A stretch of DNA of 64,000 nucleotides from Deltaproteobacteria bacterium HGW-Deltaproteobacteria-18 (GCA_002841885.1 PHBE01000018.1:39871-103870); one strand, 5' to 3'; shown: positions 51,216 to 63,032, numbered from the stretch's first letter. A program made the numbers and translations. The notes: generated by a model not told the origin, from the sequence alone.

Positions 51216-51934
51216 GACTGCGCGCCTTTTACGGCGCCTTGATCAAGGCCGGACACAGGGTGCACGTGGCCGCACCCATGACCGAGCAGAGCGCGGTAGG
51301 GCATTCGGTGACCCTGTTTTCTCCACTGAGGGTCAAGCAGGTGGAGGAAACGGGGTTTTCCGGCCTTGGCATTTCCGGCACTCCGGCGGATTGCGTCAAG
51401 CTGGCATTGAGCCACCTGCTGCCAAGGCGCCCGGACATGATCGTGTCGGGAATCAACTCAGGCGCCAACGTGGGAGTGGACGTGCTCTATTCGGGCACGG
51501 TATCCGCGGCCACCGAAGGGGCCCTGGCGGGCATCCCGGCCATGGCGGTGTCCGTGGACGATTTTCATCCTGAAGAGCTTTCCGCACAGGCCGAATACGC
51601 GGTGCGGATGCTTGACGGGGAATTCTGGACTTCCTTTCCCCGTCATTGCGTGCTGAATCTGAATTTTCCCGCCGGGCCGTTTGAAAACGCCAAGGGGCTC
51701 AAGGTCTGCAGTCAGACCTCGTCCACCTACCGGGACTGGTACGACGAGAGAAACGATCCCAGGGGAAATCCATATTACTGGCTGTGCGGGATCATCCCGC
51801 CGGAAAATGTGGAGCCCGAATCGGATCGGGGATATCTGAGTCGAGGTTACATCACCGCCACCCCTTTGACTTTTGATCTGACTCATGCCGGATATCTGGA
51901 AGCATTGACCCGGCATCTGGCCAAGAACGAATAA
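51173..51934 (+). CDS. surE: 5'/3'-nucleotidase SurE
   Basis: ILLTNDDGI, GTPADCV, SGINSGAN, YSGTVSAA, LNLNFP. Confidence 0.95.
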   Translation: MDILLTNDDGIRAVGLRAFYGALIKAGHRVHVAAPMTEQSAVGHSVTLFSPLRVKQVEETGFSGLGISGTPADCVKLALSHLLPRRPDMIVSGINSGANVGVDVLYSGTVSAATEGALAGIPAMAVSVDDFHPEELSAQAEYAVRMLDGEFWTSFPRHCVLNLNFPAGPFENAKGLKVCSQTSSTYRDWYDERNDPRGNPYYWLCGIIPPENVEPESDRGYLSRGYITATPLTFDLTHAGYLEALTRHLAKNE

Positions 51935-52879
<945 letters not shown>

Positions 52880-52891
52880 GAGGAAAAGAAT

Positions 52892-53887
52892 ATGGCTGTC
52901 AAAATCGCACTCAATGGTTTTGGTCGCATCGGGCGCTACCTCGCACGCATCCTGGCCGGAAACCAGGATGTGCAGCTGGTCTGCGTAAACGCCCGCGGCG
53001 ACAACGCATCTCTTGCGTATCTGCTCAAATACGACTCGGTTCACGGCACTTTTGCCGGTGATGTCGAGCCCAACGAACAGGGATTTCTGCTGAACGGCAA
53101 GCAGGTGCTGGTCACCCGCAACGCTCCGGACGCCTGGGACTGGAAGGGTGTCGACATTCTCGTAGAGTCCACGGGCAAGTTCAATGATCGTGAAAACTGC
53201 AAGAAGCATCTGGCGGCCGGAGCAAAAAAGGTGCTCATCTCCGCCCCCTGCAAAGACGCCGATCTCACCGTGGTCATGGGCGTCAATGACGGGCTCTACA
53301 ACCCGGCCGAACACCTGATCATCTCCAACGCCTCCTGCACCACCAACTGTCTGGCTCCTGCGGCCAAGGCGCTGAACGACACTTTCGGCATCAAGCACGG
53401 GCTCATGACCACCATTCACTCTTACACCATGAGCCAGCGCATGCTCGACGGCACCCACAAGGACATCCGTCGCGGGCGTGCCGGGGCCATGAACATGCTG
53501 CCCACGACCACGGGCGCGGCCAAGGCAGTGAGCCTGGTCATCCCGGCCCTGGCGGGCAAGCTCGACGGCATGGCCGTGCGTGTGCCCACGCCCAACGTGT
53601 CCCTGGTGGACCTGGTCGTGGAAGTGGAGAAGCCGACCACGGCGGCCGAGGTCAACGCGATCCTGAAGGCCGCGGCCAGCGGACCCGAAGGCGGGGCCAT
53701 GGGCTACACCGAGGTTCCGCTCGTTTCCATGGACTACGTCGGCAGCATCTACGGCGGTGTGGTCGACGGCCTGTGCACCTCGGTCATTAACGGAACCATG
53801 GTCAAGATCATCGTCTGGTACGACAACGAGGCCGGCTTCACCAACCAGCTGCTGCGCCTGGCCAGGATGGTCGGGGCATCCGTGTGA
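52892..53887 (+). CDS. gap: Glyceraldehyde-3-phosphate dehydrogenase type I
   Basis: NGFGRIGR, SNASCTTNCL, RVPTPNVS, WYDNE. Confidence 0.95.
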   Translation: MAVKIALNGFGRIGRYLARILAGNQDVQLVCVNARGDNASLAYLLKYDSVHGTFAGDVEPNEQGFLLNGKQVLVTRNAPDAWDWKGVDILVESTGKFNDRENCKKHLAAGAKKVLISAPCKDADLTVVMGVNDGLYNPAEHLIISNASCTTNCLAPAAKALNDTFGIKHGLMTTIHSYTMSQRMLDGTHKDIRRGRAGAMNMLPTTTGAAKAVSLVIPALAGKLDGMAVRVPTPNVSLVDLVVEVEKPTTAAEVNAILKAAASGPEGGAMGYTEVPLVSMDYVGSIYGGVVDGLCTSVINGTMVKIIVWYDNEAGFTNQLLRLARMVGASV

Positions 53888-53909
53888 TTCTCTGAGTGCG
53901 ATGCCATTC

Positions 53910-53943
53910 CAGAACGCCCGGCCAGTCCGGGCGTTCTGCTTTG
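53910..53943 (+). terminator. Hairpin after gap (probable terminator)
   Basis: CAGAACGCCCGG-ccagt-CCGGGCGTTCTG followed by a short T run. Confidence 0.65.
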
Positions 53944-53952
53944 AAGCTCGGC

Positions 53953-53981
53953 TTGCAATTCAGCCGCGCCTTTTCTAGTCT
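53953..53981 (+). promoter_or_regulatory. Putative sigma70 promoter of dnaE
   Basis: TTGCAA-N17-TAGTCT. Confidence 0.4.
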
Positions 53982-54024
53982 CCATTTCCCCGATTTTTGA
54001 AATCCTCGTTTCCCTGAGAGTACC

Positions 54025-57000
54025 ATGAGCGGTTTTACCCATCTGCATTGCCATTCCGAGTACAGCCTTCTTGACGGCGCCATCCGCCTCAGGGACCTGT
54101 GCGCCCGGGCCGTTGATTTCGGCTTTTCCTCGGCCGCCATCACAGATCATGGCAATCTCTTCGGTTCCGTGCCTTTCTATCTCGAAGCCAAGAAGCACGG
54201 CATTAAGCCCATCATCGGCAGCGAAGTCTACATCGCCGACGACATGCACGAGCGGGAGAACAAGAAGCGTTTTCACCTGGTTCTACTGGCCCAGAACCTC
54301 ATCGGCTACCACAACCTGGTCAAGATTGTGTCCGCCGGTTTTCTTGAGGGGTTCTATTACAAACCCCGCGTGGACAAGAAATATCTGCGCGCCCACTCCG
54401 AGGGCCTCATCTGCCTTTCGGCCTGTCTGCAGGGCGAGGTGCCTTATGCTCTGCGACACGGCACTTTCGACAGTGCCCTGCTCAAGGCCAAAGAATACAT
54501 GGAGATCTTTCCGGACCGCTTCTATCTGGAGTTGCAGTCCAATGGCCTGAAAGAGCAGGAGGTCGTCAACGACAGGCTCATGGAGCTGGCCAGGGAGACG
54601 GGCCTGCCTCTGGTCGCCACCAACGACTGCCACTATCTGAACAAGGACGACTACGAGGCCCACGACATCCTCCTGTGCGTGGGCACGGGCAAGATCGCAT
54701 CGGAAAAGCAGCGTCTCAAGTTCGACACCAACGAATTTTACTACAAGGCCCCCGAAGAGATGGAGGCCGCCTTCGCCAACTGTCCCGAGGCCGTGGAAAA
54801 CGCGGGCCGCATTGCGGACATGTGCGAGGTGGAACTGAAGCTCAAGCAGCATTTCTTCCCGGTCTACGACGTGCCCGAGGGCGTGACCCTGGACCAGGAA
54901 TTTCGCCGCCTGTCCGAAGAGGGGCTAAGGGAGCGCATCGCCGCCCTGCCTTACGAGGTGGACGAGGCCGCTTACCGCGAGCGCCTGGAACTCGAACTCA
55001 GCGTCATCATCGAGAAGGGCTTTCCGGCCTATTTCCTGATCGTTCAGGACTTCATCAACTGGGCGAAATCGCAGAACATCCCGGTCGGTCCCGGTCGAGG
55101 TTCGGCTGCCGGATCGCTGGTCTCGTACGCGCTCAGGATCACGGACCTGGACCCCATCCGCTACGCGCTCTTCTTTGAGAGGTTTTTGAACGTGGAGCGT
55201 GCGTCCATGCCTGATATAGACGTGGATTTCTGCTACAACAGGCGCGACGAGGTCATCCGCTACGTCTCGGATAAATACGGGGCCGACCACGTGGCCCAGA
55301 TCGTGGCTTTTGGGACCATGAAGGCCAAGGGCGCCATCCGCGATGTGGCCCGGGCTCTTGATGTCAGCCTCAAGGACGCCGACCGCATCGCCAAGCTCAT
55401 CCCCGAAGACCTGAAAATGACCCTGACCAAGGCCCTGGACGAGGAGCCTGAGCTGCGCACCCTCATCGACAGCGACCCGCAGTACAGAAAACTCTACGAT
55501 GTCGCCCGGCGCCTTGAGGGCCTGGCCCGGCACTCGTCCATCCACGCCGCCGGCATCGTCATCTCCCAGAAGCCCATGGTCGAGTACCTGCCCCTGCACA
55601 AGGGCAAGAACGGGGAGGTCGTGACCCAGCTCGACATGAAGAAGGTCGAGCTTATCGGGCTCATCAAGTTCGACTTTCTGGGCCTTAAAACCCTGACCGT
55701 CATCGACGATGCGCTCAAACTCATTCGCAAGAACAACAAGCCCGTGCCTGTTCTTGAGAAACTCCCCCTCGACGACCCGCAGACCTTCGAACTTCTGTGC
55801 CGTGGCGAGACGGACGGCGTGTTTCAGCTGGAATCCGACGGCATGCGCCGGGTCTTGCGCGGCCTCAAGCCCTCCTGCTTCGAGGACATCATCGCGCTTC
55901 TGGCCCTGTACCGGCCTGGTCCCCTGGAATCGGGCATGGTTGACGATTTCATCGGCCGCAAGCACGGGCTGCGCAAGGTCGAGTACGAGTTCGAGGAGTT
56001 GGCCCCCGTGGTCCACCCCATCCTGGAGGACACATACGGCGTCATCCTCTACCAGGAACAGGTCATGAAGATCGCTTCGGATCTGGCCAAGTATTCCCTG
56101 GGTGAAGGCGACAACCTGCGCCGGGCCATGGGCAAGAAGGACCCGGCGGAGATGGCCAAGCAGCGGGTCCGTTTCCTGGACGGTGCGCGGGAGAACAACA
56201 TTTCCCAGGAGGCGGCCGAATACATCTTCGACCTCATGGAGAAGTTCGCGGGCTACGGGTTCAACAAGTCCCACAGCGCCGCCTACGCCGTCATCTCCTA
56301 TCAGACGGCCTACGTGAAGGCCCATTATCCGGCCGAGTTCATGGCCGCCATCATCACCTCGGAAGTGTCCAACACCGACAAGATCCTGGCTCATGTCAGC
56401 GCCTGCCGGGACATGGACATCGAAGTCCTGCCTCCGGACGTGAACCGCAGCTACAACGAGTTCACCGTCGAGGGAGAGTCCATCCGCTACGGCCTCTCCG
56501 GCATCAAGGGCGTGGGCGAGGGGGCTGTCGAGTCCATCGTGGAGGAGCGGGAAAAGGGCGGGGATTTCACCAGTCTGCTCGATTTCTGCCAGCGCGTGAA
56601 TCTGCGCAAGGTCAACAAGAGGGTGCTCGATTCCCTCGTCAAATCGGGCGCCATGGACAGTTTCGGGTGCTCGCGCCGGGCGTTGCTGGAGGGCCTCGAC
56701 AAGGTCCAGGCCATGGCCCAGAAACGGGCCAAGCGCAAAACCTCCGGCCAGCTCTCGTTCATGGGCATGGTCGAGGAGAACACCTGCAACCTGACGGGGC
56801 TCGGCATCGAAGGCGAAGAGGCCGCGCTGCCTGAATTCGGGGATGACGAGAAGTGCCGCATGGAAAAGGAGGCCTTCGGGTTTTTCCTCATCGGCCATCC
56901 CTTGCAGCCCTTCCGCCAGGAGATCAGGCGGCTGGGCTACCCGACCCTGGCCCAGTGCGCGGACCTCACCGAAAAATCGCCGGTGCAGATACCGGTCCTG

Positions 57001-57486
57001 GTCACGTCGATGAAGACCATCAACACCAAGAAGGGTGACCGCATGGCCTTTTGCGGCATCGAGGACCTGAGCGGTTCGGGCGAGGCCATCGTCTTTTCGG
57101 AGCCGTACGTGACCTACCGCGAGCTGCTGACCTGCGAGGAGCCCCTGCTCATGACCGGCGTTGTGGCCAAGCGCGACTCCATGAACGAGGAGAACGAGGA
57201 CGGGCCCAAGAAAGCCAAGGTTCTGGCCGAGTCCTTCAAGCTGCTCTCGGAGGTGGTCGGATCGGGCACGGAGCCGGTGGTCCTTTTCGTGCGCGCCGAG
57301 GGGCAGGACCCCGACTGGGCCGGGCTGGGCGAGATCGTCACGCGTTATCCGGGGCAGGCTCCGGTGCAGGTCGATCTCGGCCGCGGGGAATACGTGTGCA
57401 GGCTCCAGTTCGGGCCGGATTTCATGGTGGCGCCGTGCCCGGAATTTTGGCGTGAATTCGAACAATGGCGATTGGTCCGAACCTAA
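54025..57486 (+). CDS. dnaE: DNA polymerase III alpha subunit
   Basis: PHP motifs HLHCHSEYS and TDHG, GRGSAAGSL, PDIDVDF, KFDFLGL, FNKSH; normal length, no intein. Confidence 0.98.
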   Translation: MSGFTHLHCHSEYSLLDGAIRLRDLCARAVDFGFSSAAITDHGNLFGSVPFYLEAKKHGIKPIIGSEVYIADDMHERENKKRFHLVLLAQNLIGYHNLVKIVSAGFLEGFYYKPRVDKKYLRAHSEGLICLSACLQGEVPYALRHGTFDSALLKAKEYMEIFPDRFYLELQSNGLKEQEVVNDRLMELARETGLPLVATNDCHYLNKDDYEAHDILLCVGTGKIASEKQRLKFDTNEFYYKAPEEMEAAFANCPEAVENAGRIADMCEVELKLKQHFFPVYDVPEGVTLDQEFRRLSEEGLRERIAALPYEVDEAAYRERLELELSVIIEKGFPAYFLIVQDFINWAKSQNIPVGPGRGSAAGSLVSYALRITDLDPIRYALFFERFLNVERASMPDIDVDFCYNRRDEVIRYVSDKYGADHVAQIVAFGTMKAKGAIRDVARALDVSLKDADRIAKLIPEDLKMTLTKALDEEPELRTLIDSDPQYRKLYDVARRLEGLARHSSIHAAGIVISQKPMVEYLPLHKGKNGEVVTQLDMKKVELIGLIKFDFLGLKTLTVIDDALKLIRKNNKPVPVLEKLPLDDPQTFELLCRGETDGVFQLESDGMRRVLRGLKPSCFEDIIALLALYRPGPLESGMVDDFIGRKHGLRKVEYEFEELAPVVHPILEDTYGVILYQEQVMKIASDLAKYSLGEGDNLRRAMGKKDPAEMAKQRVRFLDGARENNISQEAAEYIFDLMEKFAGYGFNKSHSAAYAVISYQTAYVKAHYPAEFMAAIITSEVSNTDKILAHVSACRDMDIEVLPPDVNRSYNEFTVEGESIRYGLSGIKGVGEGAVESIVEEREKGGDFTSLLDFCQRVNLRKVNKRVLDSLVKSGAMDSFGCSRRALLEGLDKVQAMAQKRAKRKTSGQLSFMGMVEENTCNLTGLGIEGEEAALPEFGDDEKCRMEKEAFGFFLIGHPLQPFRQEIRRLGYPTLAQCADLTEKSPVQIPVLVTSMKTINTKKGDRMAFCGIEDLSGSGEAIVFSEPYVTYRELLTCEEPLLMTGVVAKRDSMNEENEDGPKKAKVLAESFKLLSEVVGSGTEPVVLFVRAEGQDPDWAGLGEIVTRYPGQAPVQVDLGRGEYVCRLQFGPDFMVAPCPEFWREFEQWRLVRT

Positions 57487-57497
57487 AGGGAGTGTGC

Positions 57498-57890
57498 ATG
57501 ACACAAGGGCAATGGCGGCTTCGGGTGAGCTCGGATTTCAGCTCCTCGCATCAGCTGCGGCATTACGAGGGCAAGTGCGAGAACATGCACGGCCACAATT
57601 TCACCGTCGAGGTCGACGTGGTCGGCGAGAGCCTCGACCCAAAGCTTGGCATCCTGATGGACTTCAAGGCGCTCAAGCGTTTGCTGAAAGAGGTCACCGA
57701 CGAACTCGACCACAGGCATCTGAACGACTTGCCGGATTTTGCCGAGCAGAATCCCTCTTCGGAGCTGCTGGCCCGCTTCGTGTTCCGGCGCATGAAAGTC
57801 CTGCTGGCCCCGTATCCGGTCCGTTTGGCCGAGGTCATGGTCTCGGAGAAAGCCAGTTCCAGGGCCTATTACTCGGAAGGACCGGCCTGA
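57498..57890 (+). CDS. queD: 6-carboxy-5,6,7,8-tetrahydropterin synthase
   Basis: CENMHGHNF, LDHRHLN, PSSELLA. Confidence 0.92.
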   Translation: MTQGQWRLRVSSDFSSSHQLRHYEGKCENMHGHNFTVEVDVVGESLDPKLGILMDFKALKRLLKEVTDELDHRHLNDLPDFAEQNPSSELLARFVFRRMKVLLAPYPVRLAEVMVSEKASSRAYYSEGPA

Positions 57891-58351
57891 TGCGGGCGGT
57901 CCTGCAGCGGGTGCGCTCGGCCTGCGTCCGTGTCCAGGGCTGCACCGTGGGCGAGATCGGACCGGGTATCGTCGTGCTGCTCGGCTTCGGCGGCAACGAC
58001 ACTCCGGACATGGCCGGCGGGCCCGTCTGGAACAGGTTCATGCAGAAGCTCCTCGGCCTGCGGCTTTTTCCCGACGCAGGCGGCCCCATCAACGCGAGCC
58101 TGGCCGATCACGGCGGCGGCATCCTGGTGGTTTCGCAGTTCACCCTCTATGCCGACGTCAAAAAGGGCCGCCGCCCCTCCTTTTCCAAAGCCGCTCCGCC
58201 AGAGGCCGCGTTGGCCCTGTACACGTCTTTTGTGGCCGACCTGCGCCGGCAGTGGCCGAATGTGGCCGAGGGCGAATTCGGCGCGGACATGGACGTGTCC
58301 CTGGTCAACTGGGGGCCGGTCACGATCTGGCTGGACAGCGACGAACTCTAG
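57890..58351 (+). CDS. dtd: D-aminoacyl-tRNA deacylase
   Basis: MRAVLQRV, VSQFTL, GRRPSF, FGADM, NWGPVT; TGATG overlap with queD. Confidence 0.94.
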   Translation: MRAVLQRVRSACVRVQGCTVGEIGPGIVVLLGFGGNDTPDMAGGPVWNRFMQKLLGLRLFPDAGGPINASLADHGGGILVVSQFTLYADVKKGRRPSFSKAAPPEAALALYTSFVADLRRQWPNVAEGEFGADMDVSLVNWGPVTIWLDSDEL

Positions 58352-58475
58352 TCTCTTTTTGGCAGGCATGTTGCTAGCAGTTTTGCGAACGTTCATTTTT
58401 TGACAGGACACAGCATGCATGGCTTCATCCGGATTTTCCTCCTCCCACAAGCGGCCAGCGGCACGGTCTGAAACC

Positions 58476-60152
58476 ATGTCCGCCGAGATCGACTACACCG
58501 CCGAACCCGCCCGCTTGCCCGACGGATCCGTGGACGTGCGCATCCTGCGCGATGGCCGCGTCCAGCACCTGGGTGGCAGGCGCGGGGCCGAGAACGAATT
58601 GCGTCGCGCGGCGGAAATTCCGGCCCGCGGCGTTTTGCCTGTTTTCTTGGGAGCGGGCCTGGGAGTCGGTCTTGCCGATGTGCTGGACAGAACTGCGGGC
58701 CCGGTGGCCGTGGTCGATGCCGAAGAGCCCATCGGCGCGTTGACCGGAGTGCCGCAGAAATGGCGCGATGACCCGCGTGTGTTCTGGATCGCCGATGCTG
58801 ATCCTGCCGCGGCCCTGGACCAGCTGACCCGCTGGCAGATCCGGCACGGCGGCCTGCCTTTCGCCCCGGTGCGTGATCCTTTCTATGTTCGCCTGCGACC
58901 CGGTATGTACCGCGATTTGGGCGACCGCCTGGAAGTGAGCCGCAAGGTCGATTTCTGGAGCCAGGCGCGCTATCCCAAGTTCCGCTCCGGCGTCCCGCGA
59001 GTGCTGCTGCTGACCAGTTCCTACTTCCTGATGGGCGAGCTCGAGGCCGCCTTTGCCCGCCTTGGCTACGCGACCTCGCTGGTGCAGCTCCCGAGCCAGG
59101 AGGTGGGCAGCCAGGAATTCGTGGAGTCCATCCTCTCGGAAATCCTGGCCTTTCGTCCCGACTTCGTGCTGACCATCAATCATCTGGGCGTGGACAAGGA
59201 GGGCATCCTGACGGCGCTTCTGGCGCGCATGGAGCTGCCCCTGGCGTCCTGGTTCGTCGACAACCCGCACCTCATCCTCTACGTTTACGAGAATCTGGCT
59301 TCGGACTGGGTCACGCTCTTCACCTGGGATGTGGACAATATCGAGTCCCTGAAGGCGCAGGGATTCTCGCGCGTGCACTACCTGCCCCTGGCCACGGACC
59401 CGCACCGTTTTGCCTACGCGCCGCACACGACTCCGCTGCGCGATGTCTCTTTTGTCGGCAATTCTATGGTTTACAAGGTGCACGCCAAGCTGCGCCACTA
59501 TGATTTTCCCGCCGTTCTTCTGGCCGATCTGGAGGAGCTCGGACGCGCCTTCATGCTCAGCGGGGCCCTGTCCGTGGCTCGGTTTCTGGAAGAGGAGCGG
59601 CCCATGTACGTGGAGGCTTTCAGGTCCCTGCCCGATGTGGATGCCCGGCTTGCCTTCGAGACTTTGATCACCTGGCAGGCGACACTTCTGTACCGCCTGC
59701 AGCGCGTGCGCGAGCTGCTGCCCTTCAAGCCGCTTCTGGTCGGAGATCCGGGCTGGCATGACATTCTGCCGCCGGACGGCTGGACCTATCACCGCGAACT
59801 CAACTACTACGCCGACCTGCCCGCATTTTATCCGGCCACGCGCATCAACTTCAACTGCACCAGCCAGCAGATGAAGGGCGCGGTCAATCAGCGCGTCTTC
59901 GACGTGCCGGTTTGCGGCGGGTTTCTGCTCACTGACCACAGGCGGCAGATGGAAGCGCTTTTCGAGCCCGGCCGGGAGATTGTCTGTTATCAGGAGCCCG
60001 GCGAGATTGCCGACCTTGTTCGCCATTATCTTCGCCACGACGGCGAGCGCGCAAGGATTACCGAGGCCGCGCGTTCCCGCATCCTGGCTGAACACACCTA
60101 CGACCTGCGCCTTGAGTCCCTGGTCCGGACCATGCGCTCCATCTACGGATAG
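58476..60152 (+). CDS. CgeB-like glycosyltransferase with N-terminal Rossmann-like domain
   Basis: WFVDNPH, LPLATDP, NQRVFDVPVCGGFLLTD, EHTY..R; N-terminal FLGAGLG..VVDAE. Confidence 0.8.
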   Translation: MSAEIDYTAEPARLPDGSVDVRILRDGRVQHLGGRRGAENELRRAAEIPARGVLPVFLGAGLGVGLADVLDRTAGPVAVVDAEEPIGALTGVPQKWRDDPRVFWIADADPAAALDQLTRWQIRHGGLPFAPVRDPFYVRLRPGMYRDLGDRLEVSRKVDFWSQARYPKFRSGVPRVLLLTSSYFLMGELEAAFARLGYATSLVQLPSQEVGSQEFVESILSEILAFRPDFVLTINHLGVDKEGILTALLARMELPLASWFVDNPHLILYVYENLASDWVTLFTWDVDNIESLKAQGFSRVHYLPLATDPHRFAYAPHTTPLRDVSFVGNSMVYKVHAKLRHYDFPAVLLADLEELGRAFMLSGALSVARFLEEERPMYVEAFRSLPDVDARLAFETLITWQATLLYRLQRVRELLPFKPLLVGDPGWHDILPPDGWTYHRELNYYADLPAFYPATRINFNCTSQQMKGAVNQRVFDVPVCGGFLLTDHRRQMEALFEPGREIVCYQEPGEIADLVRHYLRHDGERARITEAARSRILAEHTYDLRLESLVRTMRSIYG

Positions 60153-60155
60153 CCG

Positions 60156-61544
60156 GTGAAGAAGCCCATCCTGGTCATCCAGATGCAGCGCATGGGGGAT
60201 CTGATCCTGTCCTTTCCGCTTTTTTTGTGGCTTGAGCGGGCATTTCCCGGTCATCCGGTCTGGGTCATGGCCGAGCCGAGTTTCGCCGGGCCGCTCATGC
60301 GCCTCAGCCCGCAGGTGCGCTACTTCAGCCATGGGCAGGGCGCTGCCTTGAGGAGGCAGGCGTTCCATCTGGTCATAAATCTGAGTCACCGCGCCGAAAG
60401 CATGGAGCTGGCCGGGAGCCTGAGCTGCGACGCTCTGGTGGGCGGATACATCCGGGACGGCGTGACCCGCATCGAGGGCGACTGGCAGGAATACCGGGCC
60501 TCGCTGACCCACAACAACCGGCACAACCGCTTTCATTGGGCCGATCTGAACGCCCTCGATGTCATTCCGCGCCGCATCATGGGTCAGACCTGCTGGCCCG
60601 CGCCGCGCAACATGCCGGCCGACATCCGCCATGTTGGCCTTTTTCTCGGTGCGAGCGAACCGGACAAGCGGCCTTGCGCCGCGTTTTGGGTCGAGCTTGT
60701 CGCGGAGCTTGAGCGGCGCGGGTTCGTGCCGGTTCTGCTTGGCGGACCCGCAGAGCGGGAATTGTGCCGCGAGGTGCTTCGTCTCTCCAAGCGGCCTGTG
60801 GCCAGCGCCTGCGGCAGCCTCGGGCTGGATGCGTTTGCCGTATATGGGCAGAATCTGGCCGCCATGATCTCTCCCGATACGGGCCCCATGCACCTGGCGG
60901 CCTGGTCGGGAATCAAGGTGCTCAATCTTTCCATGGGTCCGGTGCACGCCTTCGAAACCGGCCCTTATCAGCCGGGACACGTGGTGCTGCGCAGTTCAGG
61001 AGATTGCGTGGGCTGCTGGCGCTGCCGCTTTGAACTTCCGCGTTGCCACCAGCGTTTCAAGCCTGCGCGGGTGGTGCGCGTGCTCGAAGCCATGCTCGGC
61101 CGCAAGGGCAAGCTGACGGGCCTGCGGCTTCCCGGACTCGAGATTCTGGCCAGCGGGCGCAAGGACGGTCTCTACGATTTGCTCCCTCTCTCCGTTCGCC
61201 CCAAGGCCGGTCAGATGCTGTCCGTATATTGGCAGGCTTTCTGGCTGCACGCTTTCGGCCTTGGCGCAAAGGACGAATGTCTGGCTGCAGCGGGGAATCT
61301 GCGGGAAGCCCACGAAGCCATGGTGCGTGTCATGGCGGTCGGCGTCCTTAGGTTTTTGCGCACCGCGAGCAGCGCCCTTGATCCTGAGCGGCTTGTGCGC
61401 GAATGGGATCACGCTGCCCTGGCCCTGCGCCCTTTGAGCGGGTACGCCGCCGTTCACCTGTCCAATCACGACTGCTCCCCGGCCAGCCGCAAGCGCGTGC
61501 TGGCCCTGGCCGAAGAGCATCTCGGTTTTCTTCGTCAAACGTGA
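60156..61544 (+). CDS. Family 9 glycosyltransferase (heptosyltransferase-like)
   Basis: QRMGDLI, LFLGAS..KR, DTGPMHLAA; GTG start. Confidence 0.82.
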   Translation: MKKPILVIQMQRMGDLILSFPLFLWLERAFPGHPVWVMAEPSFAGPLMRLSPQVRYFSHGQGAALRRQAFHLVINLSHRAESMELAGSLSCDALVGGYIRDGVTRIEGDWQEYRASLTHNNRHNRFHWADLNALDVIPRRIMGQTCWPAPRNMPADIRHVGLFLGASEPDKRPCAAFWVELVAELERRGFVPVLLGGPAERELCREVLRLSKRPVASACGSLGLDAFAVYGQNLAAMISPDTGPMHLAAWSGIKVLNLSMGPVHAFETGPYQPGHVVLRSSGDCVGCWRCRFELPRCHQRFKPARVVRVLEAMLGRKGKLTGLRLPGLEILASGRKDGLYDLLPLSVRPKAGQMLSVYWQAFWLHAFGLGAKDECLAAAGNLREAHEAMVRVMAVGVLRFLRTASSALDPERLVREWDHAALALRPLSGYAAVHLSNHDCSPASRKRVLALAEEHLGFLRQT

Positions 61545-61560
61545 TCGCATAATGTTTTCA

Positions 61561-61597
61561 AACGAAAAAAGGCGGCCAGTGGCCGCCTTTTTTCGTT
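61561..61597. terminator. Bidirectional terminator between GT9 and the efflux operon
   Basis: AACGAAAAAAGGCGGCC-agt-GGCCGCCTTTTTTCGTT. Confidence 0.9.
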
Positions 61598-61613
61598 TTT
61601 ATTCAGGGTTTTG

Positions 61614-63032
61614 TTATTGCGCTGAGGCATGCAGTGCGTTTTCCTGCCAGCCGCCGCCAAGCGCGGTAAAGAGCTCGACCATGGCCAGTTTTCCGGCCAG
61701 GCGTGCTTCCAGCAGATTCTGTCTGGCGTTGAAGAGGGTGCGTTCCGCGTCGTGCACGGCAAAGGCGCTCTCAAGGCCCGCCGAAAAACGCTGGTCGACC
61801 AGCTGACGACTTTTCTCGGCGCTTGCGGCGCGGCGGACCTGGGCCCGGACCTGCCCTTCGTAGCCTTGGTTTTTGGCCAGGGCGTCGGAGACTTCGCGGA
61901 AGGCGTTCTGAATGGTTTCCTCGTACTGCGCGACCCGGATCTGTTGTTCCGCCTTGGCCGCTTCAAGCCTGGATTTGTTCCGGCCCGCATCAAAGATGGG
62001 CAGGGTGACGCTGGGCACGAAGGTCCAGACCCGCTGGGCCGAATCGAACAGGTCGGTCAGTTCCAGGCTGGCCAGACCGGCCGTTGTGGTCAGGCCGATG
62101 CGCGGGAAGAACGCCGCCCGTGCGGCTCCTATTTCCGCCCCTGCGGCCCAGAGCCGATGTTCGGCTTCAAGGATGTCCGGGCGTCTGGTCAAGAGTTCCG
62201 AGGGCAGGCCTGGCTTCACGGTCGTGCGCAGGGCCACGTCGTTTATGGCCCGGGCCGGGAGGTCGAGTTCCGGGACGGGCACGCCGACCAGCACGGCCAG
62301 GGCGTTTTCGTCCATGGTCACCTGGGCCGCGAGGCGCGCGACCTCGGCCTGGGCCACGGCCACCACTTCTTCGACCTGATGCCGGGCCAGTTCGGTGCTC
62401 ATTCCGTGGGCCAACTGGGCCAGGGTCAGCTCCAGGGTTGCCTGGCGGCTTTCATAGGTTTCCCGGGCCAGGGCCAGGTGTTCGCGGTCCCCGGCCAGGG
62501 TCAGGTAGCCCTTTGCGACCTGGGACACGAGGCTGATGTGCGCGGCCCGGCGGGCTTCTTCCGTGGCCAGGTAGCTCTCCAGGGCTGATTCCTCCAGGTT
62601 CTTCACCCGGCCGAAGAAATCAAGTTCGAAGGAGGAGATTCCAAGCCCTACGTTCCACTGCCGGTCAATGCCCTCGATGCCGCCGTGCAGGTCCGCTGGC
62701 AGGCGCTGGTTCGAGTTCTGGCCCGATGCGTCGATGCCTGGGATGCGGTCGGCGCGGGCGATGCCGAATTGCGCCCGGGCCTTGTCCATGGCCAGAACGA
62801 CCTGGCGCAGGCTTCTGTTCTGGTGCAGGGCCGTGGAGATGAGCTTTTGCAGTGCCGGGTCGGGGAAAGCATCCCGCCAGCCAAGCTCGTCCACTTCGGC
62901 CAGCCCCAGGCTGGACTGGGCCGGTGCGTTCCATGCTTCGGGCACGGGCATGTCAGGGCGTTCTCGCTCAGGGGCGAGAGTGGCGCAGCCGCCAAGGGCG
63001 ACGAGCGCGATCACGAGTATCAATCTTCGCAT
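61614..63032 (-). CDS. RND efflux outer-membrane lipoprotein (OprM/NodT family)
   Basis: Lipobox [41 protein letters not shown]. Start moved to ATG 63032. Confidence 0.92.
   Translation of the reverse strand: MRRLILVIALVALGGCATLAPERERPDMPVPEAWNAPAQSSLGLAEVDELGWRDAFPDPALQKLISTALHQNRSLRQVVLAMDKARAQFGIARADRIPGIDASGQNSNQRLPADLHGGIEGIDRQWNVGLGISSFELDFFGRVKNLEESALESYLATEEARRAAHISLVSQVAKGYLTLAGDREHLALARETYESRQATLELTLAQLAHGMSTELARHQVEEVVAVAQAEVARLAAQVTMDENALAVLVGVPVPELDLPARAINDVALRTTVKPGLPSELLTRRPDILEAEHRLWAAGAEIGAARAAFFPRIGLTTTAGLASLELTDLFDSAQRVWTFVPSVTLPIFDAGRNKSRLEAAKAEQQIRVAQYEETIQNAFREVSDALAKNQGYEGQVRAQVRRAASAEKSRQLVDQRFSAGLESAFAVHDAERTLFNARQNLLEARLAGKLAMVELFTALGGGWQENALHASAQ

Noticed and set aside
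54025-57486. Intein or split in dnaE
   Set aside because: 1153 aa is a normal length and the motifs are continuous.
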